Shown here piece by piece: positions 1 to 9,512 of a stretch of 64,000 bases of DNA; the first letter of the stretch is position 1; each line of letters opens with the position of its first letter. The notes beneath the pieces were generated by a model that saw only the letters and a list, made by a program, of their open reading frames with translations, ran no database searches and had not been told where the DNA came from. The translations under genes were made by a program, and so were the position numbers. The DNA is taken from positions 3,008,001 to 3,072,000 of the forward strand of contig OY970399.1 in assembly GCA_963720545.1 (NCBI GenBank). The letters are read 5' to 3'. This DNA comes from an uncultured Acidobacteriota bacterium. GTDB lineage: Bacteria; Acidobacteriota; Vicinamibacteria; Fen-336.

Positions 1-1
1 G

Positions 2-151
2 GTTGCGGAAGGCATCGAGACCGCGCAGGAAAAACAGGCGCTCATAGACCTTGGCGTGCGCTACGGGCAGGGCTTCTTCCTGGGAATGCCCGCGGTCAAT
101 CCTCAGCGCGCGGCGGACGCCGCCTCGCTCAAGCCGCGCACCGCGCGATAA
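2..151 (+). CDS. EAL-domain c-di-GMP phosphodiesterase, 3' end only (runs off the window)
   Basis: Frame 2 reads VAEGIETAQEKQALIDLGVRYGQGFFLGMP...*, the typical EAL C-terminal VAEGxET...QG(Y/F) signature. Stop TAA at 149-151, overlapping the convergent aminotransferase. Confidence 0.8.
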   Translation, partial: VAEGIETAQEKQALIDLGVRYGQGFFLGMPAVNPQRAADAASLKPRTAR

Positions 152-1335
152 GCGCCGATCGCTTCGCCGAGGATCGCAACCGCCTCGCGCAGGTCGTCGG
201 CGTTCAGCACGTAGGCGATGCGCACCTCGTCCTTGCCGAGCCCCGGAGTCGCGTAGAAGCCGGGGGCCGGCGCCACCATCACGGTCCTGCCGTTGCGCTC
301 GAAATCCGTCAGCAGCCAGCTTGCGAACGCGTCCGAATCGTCGATCGGCAGCCGCGCGATGAAGTAAAAGGCACCCTCGGGCTTGCGCAGGAAAACACCG
401 GGCAGGTCCTTGAGGCCGGCATAGAGGACGTCGCGCCGCGCCTGGTACTCGGCGACGATGCCGTCGAAGTAGTCCGGGCCGAGCTCGGTCGCGCCGACCG
501 CGATCAGCTGCGCCAGGCCCGGCGCCGACAACCGTCCCTGCGCCATGCGGTGTGCCGCCGAGTACACGTCGCGGTTGCGGGTGGCGAGGCAGCCGAGGCG
601 GATGCCGCAGGCGCTGTACCGCTTCGACAACGAGTCGGCGCACACGATGGTGTCGGCGAAGCCGGCGAGGCTGAGGGCGCTGGTGGTGTGGTTGCCGTCG
701 TAGGCAAGCTCGCGGTAGACCTCGTCCGATATGAAGAACAGGCCATGGTCCTTGCAAAACTGCGCCACCATCAGCATCTCGTCGCTCGTGTACACCGTGC
801 CGGTGGGGTTGTTGGGATTGCACAGCACCACCATGCGAGTACGCGGCGTCAGCGCCTGTTCCCACGCAGCGAGCGGCGGCAGGTGGAAGCCGTCCTCGCC
901 ACGGGCGCGCAGCGGCACGAGGCGTACGCCGGCGAGCGTCGCGAACGAGTTGTAGTTGGTGTAGTACGGCTCGACCACCAGCGCCTCGTCGCCCGGCCCG
1001 GCGCAGGCGAAGAACGCGAACGACACCGCCTCGCTGCCGCCGGTGGTGGCGATGATCTCGTCCTCGCCGAGCTCGATCCCGAGCCGCTCGTAGTAGTCGC
1101 GCAGCGACGCGACGAAGTCGGGCGTGCCGCCCGACGGCGTGTACGCGATCACCTTGTCGACTAGCGCCAGGCGCTCGCGCATCGCAGCCGGCGTCTCGAT
1201 GTCGGGCTGGCCAATGTTGAGATGGTAGACGTGGATACCGCGCTTTTTCGCTGCCTCGGCGAGCGGCATGAGGCGGCGGATGGGCGAGGCCGGCATGGCC
1301 TGGCCGCGGGCGCTGACGACCGGTCGCTGGGACAT
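103..1335 (-). CDS. Pyridoxal-phosphate-dependent aminotransferase class I/II (aspartate aminotransferase-like)
   Basis: Motifs LNIGQPD, NPNNPTG, DEVY and SLSKRYSACGIRLG (PLP lysine). Start moved to ATG 1335 (MSQRPVVSARG); the ORF-track extension overlaps the kdp leader. Confidence 0.9.
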   Translation of the reverse strand: MSQRPVVSARGQAMPASPIRRLMPLAEAAKKRGIHVYHLNIGQPDIETPAAMRERLALVDKVIAYTPSGGTPDFVASLRDYYERLGIELGEDEIIATTGGSEAVSFAFFACAGPGDEALVVEPYYTNYNSFATLAGVRLVPLRARGEDGFHLPPLAAWEQALTPRTRMVVLCNPNNPTGTVYTSDEMLMVAQFCKDHGLFFISDEVYRELAYDGNHTTSALSLAGFADTIVCADSLSKRYSACGIRLGCLATRNRDVYSAAHRMAQGRLSAPGLAQLIAVGATELGPDYFDGIVAEYQARRDVLYAGLKDLPGVFLRKPEGAFYFIARLPIDDSDAFASWLLTDFERNGRTVMVAPAPGFYATPGLGKDEVRIAYVLNADDLREAVAILGEAIGAYRAVRGLSEAASAAR

Positions 1336-1355
1336 GTGCCGAAAACGATACTGCA

Positions 1356-1390
1356 TCTTGACACCGTCTTGATGCAGGCCCGGATAGCTT
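1356..1390 (+). promoter_or_regulatory. Putative KdpE-binding direct repeat plus -10 element of the kdp operon
   Basis: TCTTGA at 1356-1361 and 1367-1372 (11-bp period, OmpR-family style). TAGCTT at 1385-1390, 6 nt before ATG 1397. Confidence 0.55.
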
Positions 1391-1396
1391 TTCGGC

Positions 1397-1543
1397 ATGG
1401 AGTCGCTCCTTGGCATCGGCGGTTGGGCCGGGCCTTTCCTGGGCTGGCTCGATCCCTGGGAGATCGTGGTCGGAATCATCGGGGTGGTGGTCGGGTTGCT
1501 GTTGCTCCGGCACATCGCCGAAAACTGGACCCGTAAGAACTGA
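1397..1543 (+). CDS. Small single-pass membrane peptide (48 aa) upstream of kdpF
   Basis: MESLLGIGGWAGPFLGWLDPWEIVVGIIGVVVGLLLLRHIAENWTRKN*; one hydrophobic helix followed by a charged tail. Its TGA overlaps the kdpF ATG (TGATG). Confidence 0.6.
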   Translation: MESLLGIGGWAGPFLGWLDPWEIVVGIIGVVVGLLLLRHIAENWTRKN

Positions 1544-1632
1544 TGTCTATCGAATACGCAGTCGGGCTGTTGCTGTGCGCGGCGCTGCTCGGTTACCTGG
1601 CGTTCGCGCTGATCCGGCCCGACAAGTTCTGA
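1543..1632 (+). CDS. kdpF: K+-transporting ATPase subunit F
   Basis: MSIEYAVGLLLCAALLGYLAFALIRPDKF* (29 aa) with the KdpF-like YL..AL..PxKF end. TGATG overlap with kdpA. Confidence 0.9.
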   Translation: MSIEYAVGLLLCAALLGYLAFALIRPDKF

Positions 1633-3362
1633 TGACAGCCAACGGCTGGGTACAGATCGTGGTGTTTTTCGGTGTGGTGCTGGCGCTCACCGTGCCGGCA
1701 GGCGCATTCCTGCACAAGGTCATGGAAGGCGAGGTGCACGCGCTGCGCCGTCCGCTCGGGTGGCTCGAGCGGCTCCTCTATCGCCTGGGCGGCGTGCGGC
1801 TGGCGGAGCAGGCATGGCCGCAATACTGCGCGTCGCTCCTCGCCTTCAGCACCCTCTCCTTGCTCGTTACCTATGCGTTCCTGCGCCTGCAGCACCTGCT
1901 GCCACTGAACCCGCAGCGGCTGGGACCGGTAGCGCCCGACCTTGCGTTCAACACCGCGGCGAGCTTCACCACCAACACCAACTGGCAAAACTACTCGGGC
2001 GAAGCTGCCATGAGCTACCTCAGCCAGATGGCGGCGCTGGCGTGGCACAACTTCATCTCCGCGGCGGCCGGACTCGCGGTGGCGATGGCGCTGGTGCGCG
2101 GCCTGACACGCCGCCGCGAGGGTGCCGCGCAAAGCGCGGGTGCCGCGACCATAGGCAACTTCTGGCAAGACCTCACCCGCGGGACGGTGTACGTGCTGCT
2201 GCCGATGAGCCTGGTCCTGGCGCTGGCTCTCGTCTCGCAAGGTGTCATCCAGAATTTCGCGCCCTACCGGGAGGTCACGACGCTCGAGGGCGGCAGGCAG
2301 ACACTCGCGATGGGGCCGGTCGCGTCGCAGGAGGCGATCAAGCAGCTCGGGACGAACGGCGGCGGTTTCTTCAACGCCAATGCCGCGCATCCGTTCGAGA
2401 ACCCCACGCCGATCAGCAACTTCCTCTCGATGCTTGCGATATTCCTGATCCCGGCCGGCCTCACGCACACCTTTGGCCGCATCACCCGCGACGCGCGCCA
2501 GGGCTGGGCGCTGTTCGCCGCGATGGCGCTGCTGTTCTTCGCCGGGGCCGCGGGCAGCTATTGGGCCGAGTCCGCCGGCAACCCGCAGCTGTGCGCGCTC
2601 GGCGTCGCGGGCCGCCCCGGCAACATGGAAGGCAAGGAGGTGCGCTTCGGCGTCGCCAACTCCGCGCTCTATGCGACCGTCACCACCGACGCGTCGTGCG
2701 GCGCCGTCAACGCGACGCACGACAGCTTCACGCCGCTCGGTGGGCTGGTGCCGCTGTTCAACATCCAGTTCGGCGAAGTGGTTTTTGGCGGCGTCGGCGC
2801 GGGCCTCTACGGCATGCTGATGATGGCGATCCTGTCGGTGTTCATCGCCGGGCTCATGGTGGGGAGGACGCCCGAGTACCTCGGCAAGAAGATCGAGTCG
2901 CGCGAGGTGAAGCTCGCGATGGTCTACGTGCTGATCTTTCCGCTCGTCATCCTGGTGCTGGCGGCGTGGTCCGCGGTCGCTCCCTACGGAACCGCGGCGC
3001 TCGGCAACGCCGGCCCCCACGGCCTCAGCGAAATCCTGTACGCGTTCACCAGCGCCGTCGGCAACAACGGCTCGGCATTCGGCGGGCTCGGCGGCAACAC
3101 TCCCTGGTACAACGTCACGCTCGGGGTCGCGATGCTGCTGGGCCGCTTCCTCATGATCGTGCCGGTCCTGGCGATCGCCGGCGCGCTCGCGGGCAAGAAG
3201 ACCTCGCCGCCCGGACCGGGAACGCTGCCGACGAACGGCCTGCTGTTCGCCTTCCTCCTGGTCAGCGTCATCCTCATCGTCTCGGCCCTGACGTTCTTTC
3301 CGGTGCTGAGCCTGGGGCCGATCGTCGAGCACTTCCTCATGCATTCCGGAAAGGCCTTCTAG
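1632..3362 (+). CDS. kdpA: K+-transporting ATPase subunit A
   Basis: Motifs [31 protein letters not shown] and NNGSAF. Start at ATG 1632 (MTANGWVQI). Confidence 0.97.
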   Translation: MTANGWVQIVVFFGVVLALTVPAGAFLHKVMEGEVHALRRPLGWLERLLYRLGGVRLAEQAWPQYCASLLAFSTLSLLVTYAFLRLQHLLPLNPQRLGPVAPDLAFNTAASFTTNTNWQNYSGEAAMSYLSQMAALAWHNFISAAAGLAVAMALVRGLTRRREGAAQSAGAATIGNFWQDLTRGTVYVLLPMSLVLALALVSQGVIQNFAPYREVTTLEGGRQTLAMGPVASQEAIKQLGTNGGGFFNANAAHPFENPTPISNFLSMLAIFLIPAGLTHTFGRITRDARQGWALFAAMALLFFAGAAGSYWAESAGNPQLCALGVAGRPGNMEGKEVRFGVANSALYATVTTDASCGAVNATHDSFTPLGGLVPLFNIQFGEVVFGGVGAGLYGMLMMAILSVFIAGLMVGRTPEYLGKKIESREVKLAMVYVLIFPLVILVLAAWSAVAPYGTAALGNAGPHGLSEILYAFTSAVGNNGSAFGGLGGNTPWYNVTLGVAMLLGRFLMIVPVLAIAGALAGKKTSPPGPGTLPTNGLLFAFLLVSVILIVSALTFFPVLSLGPIVEHFLMHSGKAF

Positions 3363-3369
3363 TGCGCCC

Positions 3370-5418
3370 ATGAGCAACGCTTCGGTCCGAACCGTGTCCA
3401 CGTGGGATGGCGCGCTGGTGCGCGGCGCGCTCGCCGGCGCGGTGCGCAAGCTCGACCCGCGCCTCATGTGGAAGAACCCTGTCATGTTCGTGGTCGAAGT
3501 CGGCAGCGTGCTGACGAGCGGCATCTGGCTGCGCGACGTGCTCGCGAACGCACCCGAAGTGCCCGCCTGGTTCACCGGCAACCTGGCGCTGTGGCTGTGG
3601 TTCACGGTGCTGTTCGCGAACTTCGCCGAGGCGCTTGCCGAGGGCCGCGGCAAGGCGCAGGCCGCCGCCCTGCGCGGACTGCGCAAGGAAACGATCGCCC
3701 GGCGGATGCTCGACGGCAACGAGGAGCGCGTGCCCGCCTCGGACCTGCGCAAGGGCGACCTGGTGGTGGTGACGGCGGGCGACGTGATCCCGGGCGACGG
3801 CGAGGCGATCGAGGGCATCGCATCGGTGGACGAATCGGCCGTCACCGGTGAATCGGCGCCGGTGATCCGCGAGAGCGGCGGTGATCGTTCGGCGGTCACC
3901 GGCGGCACGCGCGTGCTGTCCGATCGCCTCATGATCCGCATCGGCACCAACCCCGGCGAGTCGTTCCTCGACCGCATGATCGGCCTCGTCGAAGGCGCTC
4001 GCCGCCAGAAGACGCCCAACGAGATCGCGCTCTCGGTGCTGCTCGCCGGCATGACGATCATTTTCCTGCTCGCCTGCGCCACGCTCGTGCCGTTCGGCAT
4101 CTATTCGGGCGGGCGCCTGCCCGTGGCCGTCATCGTGGCGCTGCTCGTGTGCCTCATTCCCACCACCATCGGCGGCCTGCTGTCGGCGATCGGCATCGCG
4201 GGCATGGACCGCCTCATCCGCCACAACGTCATTCCCACCAGCGGCCGCGCGGTCGAGGCGGCCGGCGACGTCGACACCATCCTGCTCGACAAGACCGGCA
4301 CCATCACCTTCGGCAATCGCATGGCGAGCGAGTTCGTGCCCGCGCCCGGCGTGGGCACAGCCGAACTCGCCGACGCCGCGCAGCTCGCGAGCCTCGCCGA
4401 CGAGACGCCCGAAGGCCGTTCGATAGTGGTGCTGGCGAAGGAGAAGCACGGGTTGCGCGGGCGCTCGCTGCAGGAGGTAGCCGCGCATTTCGTGCCGTTC
4501 TCGGCGGCCACCCGCATGAGCGGCTGCGACGTGGACGGGCGAATCATCCGCAAGGGCGCCGGCGACGCCATTGCGCGGCATGTGGCTTCGCTCGGCGGGC
4601 GCGTGCCTGCCGAAGTCGAGCAGGCGCTCACCGCCATCGCGCAGAGCGGCGGCACCCCGCTGGCGGTGTCCGACGGCGCGCGGGTGCTGGGCGTCGTGCA
4701 CCTGAAGGACATCGTCAAGGGCGGCCTCAAGGAACGCTTCAGCCGTTTCCGCGCCATGGGGCTGCGTACCGTGATGATCACCGGCGACAACCCGCTGACC
4801 GCGGCGTCGATCGCGGCCGAAGCCGGCGTCGACGACTTCCTCGCCGAGGCGACGCCCGAGATGAAGCTGGCGCTGATCCGCGCCGAGCAAGCGAAGGGCA
4901 AGCTGGTCGCCATGACCGGCGACGGCACCAACGACGCGCCGGCGCTGGCGCAGGCGGACGTCGCGATCGCGATGAACACCGGCACCCAGGCGGCGCGCGA
5001 GGCCGGCAACATGGTCGACCTCGACAGCAACCCCACCAAGCTGCTCGAGGTGGTCGAGGTCGGCAAGCAGCTGCTGATGACGCGCGGCTGCCTCACCACC
5101 TTCTCGATCGCCAACGACGTCGCCAAGTACTTCGCGATCCTGCCGGCGATGTTCATCGCCCTGTTTCCGCAAATAGCGCCGCTCAACGTCATGGGCCTGA
5201 CCTCGCCGCGCAGCGCCATCCTGGCGGCGGTGATCTTCAACGCGCTCATCATCGTGGCGCTCATCCCGCTGTCGCTGCGCGGCGTGCGCTACCGGCCGCT
5301 TGGCGCCGCGGCGCTGCTGCGGCGCTCGCTCCTCATCTACGGCATCGGCGGGCTGGTGGCGCCGTTCGTGGGCATCAAGGCGATCGACATCGTGCTGAAC
5401 GCGGCGGGCTTGAAGTGA
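3370..5418 (+). CDS. kdpB: K+-transporting P-type ATPase subunit B
   Basis: [18 protein letters not shown] phosphorylation site and [10 protein letters not shown]. Confidence 0.98.
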   Translation: MSNASVRTVSTWDGALVRGALAGAVRKLDPRLMWKNPVMFVVEVGSVLTSGIWLRDVLANAPEVPAWFTGNLALWLWFTVLFANFAEALAEGRGKAQAAALRGLRKETIARRMLDGNEERVPASDLRKGDLVVVTAGDVIPGDGEAIEGIASVDESAVTGESAPVIRESGGDRSAVTGGTRVLSDRLMIRIGTNPGESFLDRMIGLVEGARRQKTPNEIALSVLLAGMTIIFLLACATLVPFGIYSGGRLPVAVIVALLVCLIPTTIGGLLSAIGIAGMDRLIRHNVIPTSGRAVEAAGDVDTILLDKTGTITFGNRMASEFVPAPGVGTAELADAAQLASLADETPEGRSIVVLAKEKHGLRGRSLQEVAAHFVPFSAATRMSGCDVDGRIIRKGAGDAIARHVASLGGRVPAEVEQALTAIAQSGGTPLAVSDGARVLGVVHLKDIVKGGLKERFSRFRAMGLRTVMITGDNPLTAASIAAEAGVDDFLAEATPEMKLALIRAEQAKGKLVAMTGDGTNDAPALAQADVAIAMNTGTQAAREAGNMVDLDSNPTKLLEVVEVGKQLLMTRGCLTTFSIANDVAKYFAILPAMFIALFPQIAPLNVMGLTSPRSAILAAVIFNALIIVALIPLSLRGVRYRPLGAAALLRRSLLIYGIGGLVAPFVGIKAIDIVLNAAGLK

Positions 5419-5432
5419 AGGTGTTTGCAGGA

Positions 5433-6020
5433 ATGTCCCTGCAGAGCGAACTCGCCGTCTCCGCCAGGATGTGCGCGGTCACCCTCGCGCTCACGGGCTT
5501 CGCCTATCCGCTGGTGGTGACCGGCGCCGCGCGCGTGCTGTTTCCGGAGTCGGCCCGCGGCAGCTTCGCGCATCGCAGCGACGGCGAGGTCGTGGGCTCG
5601 GCGCTGATCGCTCAACGGTTCGAGAAGCCGGAGTACTTCCAGCCGCGTCCCTCGGCCGCCGGCAACGGGTACGACGCCACGGCGTCGTCGGGTTCGAACC
5701 TCGGGCCCACCTCGAGCAAGCTGCTCGAGCGCACCCGCGCCGACGTGGCGCGCCTGCGCCGCGACAATCCGGCTGCCTCGCAAGCCGTGCCCGCTGACCT
5801 CGCGACGGCGTCGGGCAGCGGCCTCGACCCGCACATTTCTCCAGCCGCCGCACTGTTCCAGGTCGCGCGCGTGGCCGCCGCTCGCGGTGCCGAGCCGGCG
5901 CAGGTCGAGGCGCTGGTCCGAAGCCACGTCGAGCCGCGCACCTTCGGGCTGTTGGGCGACCCGCGGGTCAACGTGCTGCTCCTCAATCTCGACCTCGATC
6001 GGCAGCTGCCAAGGCGGTAA
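5433..6020 (+). CDS. kdpC: K+-transporting ATPase subunit C
   Basis: [34 protein letters not shown] and [11 protein letters not shown]. An alternative GTG start at 5415 overlaps the kdpB stop. Confidence 0.95.
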   Translation: MSLQSELAVSARMCAVTLALTGFAYPLVVTGAARVLFPESARGSFAHRSDGEVVGSALIAQRFEKPEYFQPRPSAAGNGYDATASSGSNLGPTSSKLLERTRADVARLRRDNPAASQAVPADLATASGSGLDPHISPAAALFQVARVAAARGAEPAQVEALVRSHVEPRTFGLLGDPRVNVLLLNLDLDRQLPRR

Positions 6021-6037
6021 CGTCCGCCTTAGCAACG

Positions 6038-8731
6038 ATGACCACTGACCGGCCGGATCCGGACGCCCTGCTGCGCCGCATCGCAGCCGCCGATCGGCCG
6101 CACCGCGGTCGGCTCAAGGTGTTCTTCGGCGCGGCGCCCGGCGTCGGCAAGACCTTCGCCATGCTCGAAGCCGCGCGGCTGCGCCGGGCCGAGGGGATCG
6201 ATGTCGTCATCGGCTGGGTCGAGACCCACGGACGCGCCGAAACCGCGGCACTCGCCGAAGGCTTCGAGCGGCTGCCGGTGCAGACGGTCGCTTATCGCGA
6301 CATGGAACTGCGCGACTTCGACCTCGCGGCGGCGTTGCGCCGCAAGCCGGGGCTGCTGCTGCTCGACGAGCTCGCGCATACCAACGCGCCGGGGCTGCGC
6401 CACGCGAAGCGCTGGCAGGACGTCGAGGACCTGCGCGACAGCGGCATCGACGTCTACACGACGCTCAACGTCCAGCATGTGGAAAGCCTCAACGACGTCG
6501 TCAACCGTATCACCGGCATCGAGGTGCGTGAGACGGTGCCCGACCGCGTGCTCGACGCGGCCGAGCAGGTGGAATTCGTGGACCTGCCCGCGGACGAGCT
6601 GCTGCGGCGCCTCGAGGAGGGCAAGGTGTACCTGCCCGAGCGCGCCGCGCTCGCCGCGCGCAGCTTCTTCCGCCGCGGCAACCTGCTGGCGCTGCGCGAG
6701 CTGGCGCTGCGGCGCACCGCCGCTCATGTCGACGCGGACGTGCGCGGCTACCGCCGTGACCACGAGATCGAGGCCACCTGGCCGGTCGCGGAGCGCATCC
6801 TCGTGTGCGTGCGTCCCAACCCCGAGAGCGATGCGCTGGTGCGCGCCGGCTGGCGCATGGCCGCGGGGCTGCATGCCGAATGCATCGTGGCGCACGTCGA
6901 GACGGTGGCGCAGCGGCCGCTGAGCGCGCCCGAGCGTACCAGCCTCGCCGGCACGCTGAAGCTCGCCGAGGACCTGGGAGCCGAGACCGCGACCTTGCGC
7001 GGCGACAGCGTCAGCGAGGCGGTGATCGCGTTCGCGCGCGAGCGCAACGTCAGCCGCATCGTGGTGGGGAAGCCGGTGCACGCCCGCTGGCGCGACCGCC
7101 TCAAGGGTTCGCTGCTCGACGAGATCGTGCGCGGCAGCGGCGGCATCGAGGTGGTCGTGATTCCCGGCGGGCGGCGCTTCGACGAAGCGCCGCGGTCCGC
7201 GGCAGCGCCGCCAGCCGCCGCGGGCCGGCCGTTCTGGGCCGACCTGCTGCCGGCCATCGCGGTGGTCGCGGCCTGCACGCTCGTCGGCCGGCCGATGCTG
7301 GGACGGTTCGCCGCCACCGACATGGTGATGATCTACATCCTGGGCGTGGCGCTGCTCGCGACCCTTCGTGGCTGGCGCGCCTCGGCGCTGGCCGCGGTGC
7401 TGGGCGTTGCCGTGTTCGATTTCCTGTTCGTGCCGCCGTACCTCACATTCAGCGTGCACGACCGGAGCTATGCCGTGACCTTCTCCATCATGCTGGCGGT
7501 GAGCTTCCTCATCAGCGGGCTGGCGGCGCGGGTGCGGGCGCAGGCCGAAGCGGCGCAGGCGCGCGAGCGGCGCACCAACAGCCTCTACGCCCTGAGCCGC
7601 GACCTGGCGTCCGCCCTTTCGGTGCAGGACGTGGCGCACGCCGCCTCGCGCCACGTGTCGGAGCTGCTGCACGGCCCGGCACGCGTGCTGCTGCCGGCGA
7701 GCGGCGGCGCGCTCGAAGCGTCGCCCGGGGCGCTTGGCGATCCGGCCCGCGAGAGCGCCGTGGCGGCCTGGGTGTTCGAGCACGGGAGGCCCGCCGGTCT
7801 CGGCACCGACACGCTGCCGGCGGCCGCCTCGTTGTACGTGCCGCTTCCTGGGAGTGGCGCGGTGCTCGGCGTGCTCGCGGTGCGGCCCGCCGACGGGCTG
7901 CTGCCGTTCAGCCCCGACAACCTCTCGCTGGTGCAGACGCTCGCGCGGCAGACCGCCCTGGGCGTCGAGCGCGCGCGCCTCGCCGAGGAGGCGGAGTCGG
8001 CACAGATCGCGGTGCGCACCGAGCGGCTGCGCAACACCCTTCTCACCTCGGCATCGCACGACCTGCGCACGCCGCTGGCCGCGATCACCGGCGCCGCCAG
8101 CTCGCTGCTGCAGCCGGTACCGCTGCAGCCCGCGGTCGAGCGCGAGCTGAAGGAATCGATCTACGACGAAGCCGAGAGCCTCAACCGCCTGGTGACGAAC
8201 CTGCTCGACATGACGCGCCTCGAATCGGGCGCCCTGCCGCTGCAGCGCGAGTGGCATTCGGTCGAGGAGCTGGTGGGCGCCGCGCTCGCGCGGCTCGAAC
8301 GCGCGCTGCGTGGCCGGCGGGTGGCGGCGGCGGTGCCCGCCGACCTGCCGCTCATCTTCGTGGACGGCGTGCTCCTCGAGCAGGTGCTCGTGAACCTGCT
8401 CGACAATGCCTTGAAGCACACGCCGGCGGGCGCCGCAATCGGCGTCGCGGCGCGCGCCACCGGCGACGCGGTGGTGGTCGAGGTGAGCGACGACGGCCCC
8501 GGGCTGCCGCCGGGCGACGAGGAGCGCGTGTTCGAGAAGTTCTACCGCGGCGGTGCCCGCTCCGCGGGCTTCGGCCTGGGGCTGCCCATCTGCCGCGCCA
8601 TCGTCGAGGCGCACGGCGGGCACATCCGCGCCGAGGCTGGTCGCCCCGTCGGCGCGGCCTTCGTCTTCACCTTGCCGCGCACGGCGGCACCGGCGCCGCC
8701 GGGCGAAGAGGATGCCGCCGTTGGCGATTGA
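6038..8731 (+). CDS. kdpD: Sensor histidine kinase KdpD
   Basis: GAAPGVGKT, DELAHTN, TLNVQHVESLND, USP domain, four TM helices, GAF, SHDLRTPL H-box and GFGLGL G-box. Confidence 0.97.
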   Translation: MTTDRPDPDALLRRIAAADRPHRGRLKVFFGAAPGVGKTFAMLEAARLRRAEGIDVVIGWVETHGRAETAALAEGFERLPVQTVAYRDMELRDFDLAAALRRKPGLLLLDELAHTNAPGLRHAKRWQDVEDLRDSGIDVYTTLNVQHVESLNDVVNRITGIEVRETVPDRVLDAAEQVEFVDLPADELLRRLEEGKVYLPERAALAARSFFRRGNLLALRELALRRTAAHVDADVRGYRRDHEIEATWPVAERILVCVRPNPESDALVRAGWRMAAGLHAECIVAHVETVAQRPLSAPERTSLAGTLKLAEDLGAETATLRGDSVSEAVIAFARERNVSRIVVGKPVHARWRDRLKGSLLDEIVRGSGGIEVVVIPGGRRFDEAPRSAAAPPAAAGRPFWADLLPAIAVVAACTLVGRPMLGRFAATDMVMIYILGVALLATLRGWRASALAAVLGVAVFDFLFVPPYLTFSVHDRSYAVTFSIMLAVSFLISGLAARVRAQAEAAQARERRTNSLYALSRDLASALSVQDVAHAASRHVSELLHGPARVLLPASGGALEASPGALGDPARESAVAAWVFEHGRPAGLGTDTLPAAASLYVPLPGSGAVLGVLAVRPADGLLPFSPDNLSLVQTLARQTALGVERARLAEEAESAQIAVRTERLRNTLLTSASHDLRTPLAAITGAASSLLQPVPLQPAVERELKESIYDEAESLNRLVTNLLDMTRLESGALPLQREWHSVEELVGAALARLERALRGRRVAAAVPADLPLIFVDGVLLEQVLVNLLDNALKHTPAGAAIGVAARATGDAVVVEVSDDGPGLPPGDEERVFEKFYRGGARSAGFGLGLPICRAIVEAHGGHIRAEAGRPVGAAFVFTLPRTAAPAPPGEEDAAVGD

Positions 8732-9464
8732 CCCGGGCCAGGGCAACGCCGAGCGCGCCGCCGGCGAAGGCGCCGGCCGGGTGATTCTCGCCATCGAAGA
8801 CGAAGCCGCGCTGCTGCGCTTCCTGCGCGCAACCCTGCCCGCGCACGGCTATCGCCTCGTCGAGGCGCAAACCGGCGGCCAGGGGCTCATCGAGGCGTCC
8901 ACCCGCGCGCCCGACGTCATCCTCCTCGACCTCGGCCTGCCCGACATAGACGGCGTCGCGGTCGCGCGCAAGGTCCGCGAGTGGAGCGCGGTGCCCATCA
9001 TCGTGCTCTCGGCGCGCGGCCAGGAGCAGGACAAGATCGAGGCGCTCGACGCGGGCGCCGATGACTACCTCACCAAGCCGTTCGGCGTCGGCGAGCTGCT
9101 GGCGCGCATCCGGGTGGCGGTGCGCAAGCAGGCGCGCGCCGGCGACGGCGCGCCTGGCGCGGTGTTTCGCAGCGGCGGCCTCAGCGTCGACCTCGCGGCA
9201 CGGCGCGTGATGGTGGACGAGCGGGAAGTGCGGCTGACGCGCACCGAGTTCAACCTGCTCGCGACGCTCGTGAAGAACGCCGGCCGCGTGCTGACCCACC
9301 GCCAGCTGCTGCGCGACGTCTGGGGGCCGGGCGCCGTGGGCCAGCCGCACTACGTCCGCGTCTACATGGGCCAGCTGCGCCACAAGCTGGAGGCGGATCC
9401 GGCGCGGCCGCGTTACCTGCAGACCGAGGTCGGCGTCGGCTACCGGCTGAAGACCGACAACTAG
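8712..9464 (+). CDS. kdpE: OmpR-family response regulator KdpE
   Basis: REC domain (IEDE, LDLGLPD, GADDYLTKPF) plus winged helix (YLQTEVGVGYR), directly after kdpD. Exact start uncertain (8712, 8721 or 8781). Confidence 0.93.
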   Translation: MPPLAIDPGQGNAERAAGEGAGRVILAIEDEAALLRFLRATLPAHGYRLVEAQTGGQGLIEASTRAPDVILLDLGLPDIDGVAVARKVREWSAVPIIVLSARGQEQDKIEALDAGADDYLTKPFGVGELLARIRVAVRKQARAGDGAPGAVFRSGGLSVDLAARRVMVDEREVRLTRTEFNLLATLVKNAGRVLTHRQLLRDVWGPGAVGQPHYVRVYMGQLRHKLEADPARPRYLQTEVGVGYRLKTDN

Positions 9465-9512
9465 CCGCCCCGGCGTGCAGCAGGGGCGCCTGTCGTTGCA
9501 TACTCTCGTCCC

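Noticed and set aside
1410..1631. N-terminal extension of kdpA in the ORF track
   Set aside because: The region is better explained by the 48-aa peptide and kdpF in other frames, each with TGATG coupling.
1593..8794. Long antisense ORFs over the kdp genes (835, 611 and 921 aa)
   Set aside because: Shadow ORFs typical of high-GC coding DNA; no motifs, and they lie opposite clearly recognisable genes.
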